This document shows positions 52,201-64,000 of a DNA stretch of 64,000 nucleotides, one piece after another. The translations under genes were made by a program, and so were the position numbers. Position 1 is the stretch's first letter. Each line of letters starts with the position of its first letter. The stretch covers positions 1-64,000 of the forward strand of contig MCFE01000344.1 in assembly GCA_002104905.1 (NCBI GenBank), written 5' to 3'. Below the pieces are notes generated by a model, which saw nothing but the letters and a program-made list of their open reading frames with translations, had not been told where the DNA came from and did not search any database. The stretch comes from Basidiobolus meristosporus CBS 931.73. Its lineage: Eukaryota > Fungi > Basidiobolomycota.

Positions 52201-53972
52201 AAATACAAGGCTGATGGTACAATTGAAAGATACAAAGCAAGACTTGTAGCCAAAGGATACTCTCAAACAAAAGGACTTGACTATACTGAGACCTTTGCAC
52301 CGGTAGCCAAGTTTAATTCCATCAGATTAATATTGGCTATTGCAGCCAAATATAAGTTTTTTATTCATCAAATGGATGTAAAAACTGCATTTTTGAATGG
52401 AGAACTTGATGAGGACGTGTATATGGACCAGCCTGATGGGATATGTTGACCAAGATAACCCCCATTTGGTCTGCAAGCTTAAAAAGTCACTATATGGTCT
52501 CAAACAATCACCGAGAGCCTGGAATTGCAAGATAGATTCTTATTTGGAATCTTTGAGTTTCAAAAGGAGTAATGCTGACTATAGTATATACTATAAGCCA
52601 GATAGAGCAAATCCAGTTCTATTAGCTCTATATGTGGATGATCTTATTATAGCCGCCAATAACCTAGAAACATTGGAAGAGACTAAATCCAGCCTATCTA
52701 AGGAGTTCAAGATGTCTGATCTAGGAGAACTTAGTTACTACTTAGGGATTAAGTTCTCCATAGACAGAAGTACCCAGACTATTACCCTAAGCCAATCCAA
52801 GTATATTCAAGATATACTAAAGAAGTACAAAATGGAAGACTGTAAACCGGCAGCTACCCCAATGGAGACAAACCTTAACTTGGTCAAAACTCAACCAAAT
52901 CAAGAGAGCTTGGTGCCATCTGAAAGCCCTGACTTTCCTTATCAATCTATGGTCGGCAGTCTGATGTATATCATGCTTGGAACACGTCCAGATATCTCAT
53001 ATTCAGTGGGAGTTGTCAGCCAACATAATCAGAGCTATGGATCTGATCATATTGCAGCAGTTAAGCGGATTTTTAGATACCTAAAAGGAACTGCTGATAT
53101 CTGCCTAAGATACACTTATAAGGACTCAGAACAAGATCTTGTGGGATACTCTGATGCAGATTGGGGACGAAATTTAGAAGACAGAAGATCCACCACAGGA
53201 TACACCTTTCTTTACTGTCAAGGAGCAATTTCATGGAATTCAAGAAAGCAACCAACCGTAGCACTTTCTACTACAGAGGCAGAGTATATGGCAGCCTGTG
53301 AAGCTACAAAAGAAGCAATGTGGTTAAGAAAGCTCTTTACAGATTTAGGCCTATGTCAAAAAACGCCTATTACTTTATTTCAAGATAATCAAGGATGTAT
53401 ACAATTAGGTAGAAATCCAACTTTTCATGCTAGAACCAAGCACATAGATATTAGACATCATTTCATACGTGAAGCTATAGAGAACAACTTAGTTAGCTTA
53501 GTTTACTGTCCTACAGATGAAATGATTGCAGACATATTTACCAAACCATTAGCTAGAGACAAGTTTGAATATCTTAGGTCAAAATTGGGACTAGTTAGTA
53601 TGAACATTTAGCTGAGTGGGAGTGTTGTAAAAATTCGTATTTTCCACCTAAATATTCACCTAACTTAGTCACTTAGATCATCACCTTCAAATCCTAGAGA
53701 ATACTGACCAAATTCCTTGTCGGGATTTACTTAGAATATTTTCACCAAAATACCAGGTACCCAGAACATGAAAATTCTCAAAGTTGTCCAAACAGCCCCA
53801 AACTTTGCACACATGTTCTTGGGACCTTCCTTAACCTATTCTACGTGTTTGTAATGCCAAGACCATGTAAAAGTATAAATACTACTTTTACATTCAATAA
53901 ATCATTAAGTGAAAACCACATAATCTACTTGTTCTCCAAATCACTTCCAATATCTCCAAGACTCTTACAACA
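49285..53972 (+). mobile_element. Full-length Ty1/Copia retrotransposon (copy 3) with one frameshift in RT: LTRs 49285-49634 and 53623-53972, TSD AATAC
   Basis: AATAC at 49280-49284 and 53973-53977. I found one C/T difference between the LTRs. gag-pol runs 49639-53611, broken at ~52441 (GGGATATGTTGAC vs GGGTTTGCTGAC in copy 2). Confidence 0.98.
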
Positions 53973-55322
53973 AATACTTCAAGAATCAGTAAGTTGAGTG
54001 TTACGCTTTCTGGTATGGGAGTTGCTCAGGCACAGTCCTCTCTAGGGCATATGTATACTTCTCCTCAAGAAGGCCAGAGCCTCTAATATTGAAAGCTGTT
54101 AGTTGAAGGAAACCTTGATATCAGCACAGATTTTGCTAGTCTATAGTGATATTTTTGGTTCAGAATATGTAAGTATGAATGGCATCATCAAAGAAGCACC
54201 ACAACTAACGTAGCAATATTAACTAGGTGCTAAGCTAAAGCCCACAAGTGTCAACATCAATGTAATTTCCAAATCTTTGGTGGCTGTGATTTTGGAGAGA
54301 GTTGGATTTCATTGAGTCAGATACCAAGTACCTAGATTATGTAAGATAGGAGTTTGAGCTTAACTGACATTAAAGAGAAATACACAATGGGTGTACATTT
54401 CTATGCAGCCATTGGTAAAGCAAACATATATCAAGTGTCAAAAACATCCATGTCCAGTAACATTAAAATGGCTGAAGAGATTCATTGGTCAAGGTGCTTG
54501 TTGTGTAAGTAATCACCAGGTACACATTCAATTTGCTTGGTTTTGGGGTAATATGTACAAGGTTGAGGCCAGTAAGTCACCAAAGAATTTGGTCATTTTA
54601 AGATTCCTACTACATTAACCCAAAGCATTTGACAGAATCATCAGAACACCAAAGTAAGATCAGGGCCAGGGGCTATACTGATGTGGTATGGAACATGCAA
54701 AACATGTGGGCCCTCTTATATCATACCCTGTGCAAATTATAAAGCCTAGCACCTGCTTTGTCAAAAACCATGAGCAGTACAAAATGTCTGGTAGTAAGCA
54801 TTATGAGCCTTGAACAAACAAGTAGAAACACAAACAGAACCAAGATCGTTATCCTCCAGTAGTCTCTCCATTGACAGTCAGGGAACAATATCTTTTCAGT
54901 GCCTCCACCGGACTGGAGAGTGGGTTTCAAGGCTGACTGCACAACACGGGTGAACTTGATGCAAAAAAAGTCCACCCCATTCAATGGAACTCCCACCTCT
55001 GAGCCCATCAAGGCCCCCCCCCAAGTAAATCATATTCCGATTGATATCACAAAATTGGTAAGCAACACTGCCATCGTAAGTAGGTCATTGAACATGAACA
55101 GAAACGCAAACAACTGAACACTTGGAGGTAAATGGTTATTTAACATCGATCGAAAACGGGCCAACAAACGGTGTGGTGATACTCTATGTCCAATGGAGGC
55201 CTTTTCTCGGCTGGTTTGGGGTGGGTGAATATGGAGGGGTTCACGCGTAGTATACACCATGACACCACACCAAGTGAAAGGTTGGTTAAAGATTGGATTA
55301 AGATTCGGATTACAAGGTGGGC

Positions 55323-57570
<2,248 letters not shown>

Positions 57571-58223
57571 TTTCAGTTAGATGAACAAGCAGATGGTATG
57601 ATGGTAGGGTTGAGTTAAGCTCGCTTCAAGCCAAAGTGAGTAATAAACTCAGGGGAATGGTATTTACTCAAAGATACTGGCGTAGTACCCAGTGCACTAC
57701 CTATAATCTACCACGTTATACGGTAGGTATCTCCGAGCCACTTTAGGAAATTTCATGATATCCACCAACACAAATACTGATCAGTCACATATTGACCACA
57801 TTTACGATGCAGAATGGCAACTAGGGTTTGTATTTGGCTGCCTGATGACTGCTGAAAGTTCTGGGGCCTAATGCATATTTATGCCAATATCTAGTTCTCA
57901 ATGTCCTTTGTATGCGATTCCGGCTAATCTGGCCAATAGGTGCCATCTCTGATATAACTGTCGTCTCCTGATTGGCGGCTTGTTTTAGCACTAATGTGTA
58001 GCAATATGCCATGAAACTTCCCCACTTTCCAGCGTTTGTTCGTTCATTAACTAATCAACCTTTAAGCACCGATTTGGAATTGGGAATTTCTATTCTTAGC
58101 AGGCTGGTATTTTGTTTTCTTAAATCCGCATATAGCAATGGTGAACATATTACATTTAATGATTGTTTCTTTTCCTTGGTTGTGGTTTGCCCGTATCTGT
58201 AAAAGCCCCTACCTGACTTCTAG

Positions 58224-58913
58224 ATGAGCTTCTTGAAACGATGCAGTTGCTTTGGCAACAATGACGACGTGCTCCTATCAGAATTACCAAACCGATATGG
58301 CCAAGCACACAAACCTAATAACAACAGGAATAAGCGCAAAATAGACAAGAGTGCGATAGGAAAGCCGTCGAATTTCCAAGTAATGTTGACTCATTCCCCA
58401 AGTGTTGCGTACTGATTTGACTGATTTTCCTTCTACTTTGCCCACATATAGCATACTGGGCATATTGGTAATTATTGAGAAGACCTCGGTATATACTAGT
58501 CTTTTCCCTAACACATTCACTTTAAGGCATCTCCGAACTGCAAAGTGGAGTGGTTGACCGGGTCGACGTAAGTGCCTTAGCAACTCCACTTTATTTCTGC
58601 TATCTTACTTTGTAGACTTGTGTAGCCCGAGAAAATCAAGAAACAAATGGCTGAAATTGCTGCAGTCTTGAACTTTGATGATTTAATAACCCCAGAGCTT
58701 GAGTCTATCCAGCGAGACAATCCAACCAAGGAGGCACCTACTCACAAAGCTGAAGTGTCGAGAAAAGAAACCGATACCAACGCGGTAACACACTCCAGTT
58801 CAGTCCACCCTCCTACAAACCGACCACTAATTTCGTCTGTTTTAGACAGTAAATTAACAATACGTTGTTCCAGCCAGAGAAGAAGAAAAATATTCCTTCG
58901 ATGCCATCACTAA
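58224..58913 (+). CDS. Small CRIB-domain protein (CDC42SE/SPEC-like), multi-exon; 3' end uncertain
   Basis: MSFLKRCSCFG...RNKRKIDKSAIGKPSNFQ|HTGHI|GISELQSGVVDRVD|PEKIKKQMAEIAAVL: the CRIB motif is assembled across canonical GT-AG introns. Confidence 0.8.
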
Positions 58914-59394
58914 ATACTGATAATCGCTCCACGCTTGTCCTGACCCCTTCCAGCCATATCCCACTATCTAGGTATAATTTCTTGAATGAGCAATCCACTG
59001 TATTCTCCCACCTTTTTATCCACAACCATGTATTCTCTTTATAACTCAAGTATTGTAATCCACTAAAACTGAAATTTTGCGAGATTCTCCCCTACGGACC
59101 ACTGCTTGCGACGGCCCTTGTTTGCGTAGCGCATTCTTGGCAACATGTAATCTAGCCCTGTTCCCAGTAAAGCAAAGCTGAAATGCGCAATTGTGCCAAA
59201 CCACGGATTGATTAGTAATTTATGGCCACCGCCCTTATAGGATGACGCAAACTAGGGAACTGGGTGATTTTGGTTTAACTGACAAATTTTCGGATGATAC
59301 GAATGTTTACCATCTAGTACACTCCAGGTTATATCGTGACTTAGGCCGCCCTCGTAAACCTTTCCCTCAGCTGAAACCCCCCGATTCAACTTCA

Positions 59395-60788
59395 ATGAGC
59401 TTTGTTAAAGTCATCCATTCCCAGCCGGAGTACCAGACACTTCTCAACTCCGCACCCGCCACCAAACTGGTACCTTTCGCCGTTGACCGCGTTCTTATTG
59501 TAGCCTCGACTAAAACACTGCTTTCCCCCCTTTCTGAACCAGGTTGTGGTAGACTTCACCGCCAAATGTAAGCCCCCTTGAAGTCGTTGTGTTAGTTCGT
59601 CTAGATTAAACTCTGAACAATAGGGTGTCAGCCATGTCAGATCATCGGACCCATCTTCAACAACCTTAGCTCGAAATATAGAAATGTCACTTTTGCCAAG
59701 GTCGACGTTGACGATGTGCAGGTATTTACGGACTTTTGGATTGAGGTGAACGGTTGATCAGAAGGCACTCAACCAGTCTTACTTAATAGGAGGTTGCCCA
59801 GGCCGCAGGTGTTAGCTCCATGTATGCATTCCATCCCTTTAAACCATACTGTACAGTCGTACTAAATCTCTGCATTCGGTTGTTGCTCCGCCGACTTCCA
59901 GGCCTACTTTCCAAGTAACCAGATTCTCCGCATTTGGACGTTGGATTTTCTCGTACTGATCATTCGCTCTTCACAGTTTTTCAAGAACAAGGCGAAGATT
60001 GCCGAGCTAAAGGGAGCCAACCCCCAGCAGCTCGAGGCCCTGATTGTTCAGCACCAGGGCGACGTTGAGGATGAATCTAGCAGCTTCAATATTCCCGGCC
60101 ATGTATGTTCCACTGTCACCTATGCACAGACCAACCGACGCACCTCTTACGAAATGCACCTTTTCTAGTCCGACATCACGGAGTTCGTCACAGTCAACCA
60201 GCTGGAGTGCCTCAACCAAAAATCCAACCACACCATTCGCAACATCTTCAAAAAAGATGCCAGCTACTTAGAAAGTGATGTAGACGAGCAGCTGATCATT
60301 TCAGTTCCCTTCAACCAAGCGGTCAAGGTCCATTCCATCAAGCTAGTCGCATCCAAAGGTAAATACACCCTCGTACTCGATTAGGGGGACCGGCAGAGCG
60401 ACAACTAAGGGCATCTTATCGATTTTAGTTCAATCCGCCCCCAAGACCATCAAGCTCTTCTGCAACCGTTTAACCCTCGGCTTTGATGAGGTGGATGATA
60501 TTCAGGAGACACAGACCTTGGAGCTGACCGAGGCGGATTACGAGGAGAATGCCGTGATCCCCTTGCGCTTCGTAAAATTCCAAAATGTGTCTAGCATCAT
60601 TGTAAGTGCTTCACAGTCGGGAGTTTTGGGCGAATGCGAACTAACCTTGCCTCCTTCTCTCAACGCAGCTCTTTGTGGAGGATAATCTTGGCGACGAGGA
60701 GACCACGCAGCTCCAGCAAGTGGTGTTCATCGGCTCACCCATTGAGACCACCAAGATGAGTGATTTAAAGAGCCAGAGCGCTCACTAA
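59395..60788 (+). CDS. TXNL1: Thioredoxin-like protein 1 (Trx + PITH domain), multi-exon
   Basis: MSFVKVI...VVVDFTAK|WCQPC...FAKVDVDD...GANPQQLE; PITH domain YLESDVDEQLIISVPFNQAVKVHSIKL...VIPLRFVKFQNVSSI. Confidence 0.92.
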
Positions 60789-61022
60789 GTAATACTTAAT
60801 CCTACTATTCACAATAAAAAGAATCGAACCATGATTGGGCCTGCATATATTATCAGAGAAGTCGAAAACCATCCCTTTTTTTCTCGAAATGGTCGATCCG
60901 CTCACCAGATAGGGAATTCCCACAGAGGCAACCAATCTGCCAGCGTGCTAGATACCAGGAAACTTTGTGTCCCTTGCCAGCTATTTTCCCACTTTAGTTT
61001 CTTTCCAACCCAAACCACGAAG

Positions 61023-63036
61023 ATGAGACACCGATCGAACCTGTTGGAGAATTTAAGAGCTCGCGAGAACGGCGAGTATTTTGGGCGAGAGAGCCCACTT
61101 CTGGCTGGTATGACCCCGTTGTTTCCTTCTCTCCCACGATCACCTCAAGGAGCTTTCTAATTCACTCCCACTTTGTTCTTTACAGAGCGGCGGCTATACT
61201 CCAATCCGACATACCTGACCGAGAGGCTCACATTGACGAACATCCTTTCGGAGCACACCGGCTGCGTAAACACCGTCAACTGGAATGAGACGGGGGAATT
61301 GCTGGTCTCCGGTTCGGACGATACTAAGCTTTGCATTTGGAAGTATCCGGAAGGTAGTTTACTTAGTAGCATCGAGACCGATCACGAAGCAAACATATTC
61401 TGCACGAAATTCATGCCTTCTACCAATAGCCAAGTGGTGATTTCGTGTGCTGGCGACAATGTGGTGAAGGTGTGGGATGTGTGGAAAGACGAAGGTGCGT
61501 GTCGACACACATACAAATGCAACTTGGCCAGCACCAAACGCATCGTCACCGAGCCAGGAAATCCCTACGTATTTCTTACGTGCAGCGAAGACGGTAAGTG
61601 CATGGCTTCTACCAGTCGTCCGAGCCCCCAACTAACCCAGCCTCCGATGATGCCTTAGGCACCGTCCGGAACTTCGATCTCAGGGAGTCCCACCAGTGCC
61701 AGAGCGTATGTCGCACAAATCTGGTGGTCAACTTCCGACCCTACTTGATCGAGCTGAACTCAATCACCTTGAACCCCATTCACCCCCAATACATCGCCAT
61801 CGGCGGAGGGGATCCATATGTGTATCTATGGGACAGGAGAATGGTCAGTGCGAAAACTGCCCTGGATCCTCGGCACCAGATGGAGTACTGTGTCAAGAAG
61901 TTCAAGCCGAACAAAAGCAAATCCGACCACGTCACGGCGGTGAAGTTCAGCGAAAGCAACGGCCGGGAGTTGCTCGGCAGCTGGTCCAATGACTTTGTGC
62001 ATCTTTTCGACATCCACGAAAGCAAGGAGAAGGTGGGCACTGAGAAGCCCCCCACCAAGGTCAGGAGAAACTCGTGCACGTACCTTGATAGCAAACGAAA
62101 GAAATCAAGGTATGCCGAGGACTCCGAGAGCGACGACTGCGAGTTGCACACTTCCGAGCCCAGCCTGGACCAGACGGAGGACCCAAGCTCGGAGGAAGAC
62201 ATCGATTTCAACCAACTCACTGAGCTGATTCAGAATGACTGGGAGGATCAAGAGTTGCTTTCCGAGTCGGAGGGTGCCCAGAGCGAGGTCGGTTCTGAGG
62301 TAGAGCAGGGGCTGGATCTTATCACAAGCCGGATAATGGAGGCGAACAGCGACATCGATAGCTCCGATGTCATGGAGGCCATCGAGAGCTTTTTAGACGG
62401 GGATTCTGGAGACGAGTCCAGCGACGAGGACTTCACCTCGGAATACAAGAACATACAGACGATCTTCAACTCGGTGATCGAGGAAGTGAGGGAATCGACC
62501 ACGTACAAGGGACACTGCAACGTCCAAACGATCAAGGATGTGAACTTCTATGGACCGAACGACGAATACGTCATATCGGGCAGCGACGACGGGAACTTCT
62601 TTATCTGGGACAAGAAGTCGCGGAGGATTGTTCAAATCCTGAAAGGCGATGAGGATGTAGTCAACTGTATTCAGGTAAGTTCTGCAACTTCAATATCAAC
62701 AGCCGATCCTAACGACAGCCCCATCAGGGACATCCATTCGAACCGGCCATTGCCGTCTCCGGCATCGATTCCACAATCAAGATCTTCACACCACAAGTAC
62801 AGGGGCCACATGAGGAATTTGAGCCCACGGTCAACGGCGCCCCAGCCACCAGTCCGAATCACGTATGGAGCAGCAAGTCCTTGTTGGCCAGGGAAGAGGA
62901 AATCGTCATGTCCAACGAGAACAGACGACAAGAAGGAATCTGGGGTGCCCCCATCACCGGATCCTTTTTAAGATTCCTCCTTACCAGAGCAGGAGCTATT
63001 GATTCTAGTTCCGATGACATGGACCAGAATAGCTAG
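61023..63036 (+). CDS. DCAF-type WD40 protein (DCAF6/DCAF8/WDTC1-like), multi-exon
   Basis: HTGCVNTVNWNETGELLVSGSDDTKL...FLTCSED|GTVRNFDLRE...YKGHCNVQTIKDVNFYGPNDEYVISGSDDGNFFIWDK...DVVNCIQ|GHPFEPAIAVSGIDSTIKIF; acidic insert. Confidence 0.88.
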
Positions 63037-63213
63037 AGAGTTTGTGAATATTTGATGTTGTAAATTTGCTCCTGTTTCCTGTTTTATTACCAAGCAAAAT
63101 TAAACCCGATGTGACTGATCAATCGTCCCGGGAAAAATGGTCCTAATTTCATGACCCTATCCTGCACGTATACTTGGACTGATACGGGCTTGTATTTCTT
63201 TACTATCACGAAT

Positions 63214-63563
63214 ATGGAACCATCTCACGAAAAATCCCCCTCTGACTTTCTCAAGCACATCATCGGACATCCAGTCCAAGTAAAGCTGAACTCCGGCGTT
63301 GACTACAGAGGTAAGGGCATCCTTTGGCTGCTGTGATCTATCAGCCTAACTCAACAAACCTAGGGATTCTCGCGTGCCTGGACGGTTACATGAACATTGC
63401 CCTCGAACAGACCGAAGAATATGTCAACGGGCAGCTGAAGAATAAATACGGAGATGCTTTCATCAGAGGGAATAACGGTATGTCTCCTTCGATTTTGCTC
63501 CCACTCTCGGTAGAGATGCTGACTTCCCCTCTAGTACTTTACATCAGCTCCTTGAAACAGTAG
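63214..63563 (+). CDS. LSM6: U6 snRNA-associated Sm-like protein LSm6, three exons
   Basis: KSPSDFLKHIIGHPVQVKLNSGVDYRG|ILACLDGYMNIALEQTEEYVNGQLKNKYGDAFIRGNN|VLYIS. Confidence 0.96.
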
Positions 63564-63635
63564 CAGATATATGAATCTCCATGTTGGTGGCAAATGTAAT
63601 AGATAAAATCTTCCTCGTCTTCCCCATTTAACAGC

Positions 63636-63638
<3 letters not shown>

Positions 63639-63684
<46 letters not shown>
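63639..63684. repeat. (GT)23 microsatellite
   Basis: Perfect GT run downstream of LSM6. Confidence 0.97.
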
Positions 63685-63686
<2 letters not shown>

Positions 63687-63880
63687 ATAAATCTACATAT
63701 AAAGGTCGAATGGATTTTCTTAACGTAAAGATACACGCTTCCAAACGAATTGCAAAGATCCATCTAAATGAAACATGATGGACATTGGATAAATCTATGA
63801 CTAATTGATGGTGAAAATTTTCTCATGATATCTGGTGCATGGACGTTGCCACCGTATCTCACACCCTCCCTCAGTTTACC

Positions 63881-64000
63881 ATGTTTGCTCAGCTACGACA
63901 GATCGCCAGAACTTCCGTGCCACGCGCCTCAGCCCAGAAGCTCTTCTACTCCACCGAGTCCATGAACGCTGGGGAGAAGTTGCTTTTCAACAAACTCAAA
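63881..64000 (+). CDS. 5' end of a probable mitochondrial BolA-like protein (runs off the window)
   Basis: MFAQLRQIARTSVPRASAQKLFYSTESMNAGEKLLFNKLK: an Arg-rich presequence followed by a GEK...KL helix resembling the BolA3/Bol3 N-terminus. Only 40 codons are visible. Confidence 0.45.
   Translation, partial: MFAQLRQIARTSVPRASAQKLFYSTESMNAGEKLLFNKLK

Noticed and set aside
63539-63763. ORF with a (HT)n tract
   Set aside because: Artefact of the (GT)23 microsatellite read on the minus strand.

Overview
Intron-rich fungal chromosomal DNA, probably an early-diverging lineage (short ~45-75 nt GT-AG introns with CTAAC-type branch points; the taxon is an inference). (1) 1-9.8 kb is a CpG-depleted stack of nested dead transposons: a CACTA/EnSpm-like transposase, a Ty3/Gypsy pol remnant, and a decayed Ty1/Copia carrying a 730-bp foldback element. 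(2) 10-35 kb is a gene-dense block: MFS permease, SIZ/PIAS-like SP-RING protein, two tandem RMD1 paralogues, GH20 hexosaminidase, intronless LysP-like permease, SAM-HMG protein, PRE2, UBC7, RBBP4/MSI1 and glycogen synthase. (3) 35.7-55 kb is gene-poor, with two young full-length copies of the same Copia family (350-bp LTRs, 5-bp TSDs, half-tRNAiMet PBS), a solo LTR, LTR-derived foldback fragments and one bHLH gene. (4) 55.3-64 kb holds a GCK-III kinase, a small CDC42SE/SPEC-like CRIB protein, TXNL1, a DCAF-type WD40 protein, LSM6 and the start of a BolA-like gene. I found no clearly new multi-gene system. The most unusual signals are structural: hairpins in the Copia LTR where copies repeatedly break, fold back and micro-invert, one Copia integrated exactly at such a hairpin, and the foldback element. 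Gene boundaries were reconstructed by eye from splice signals.
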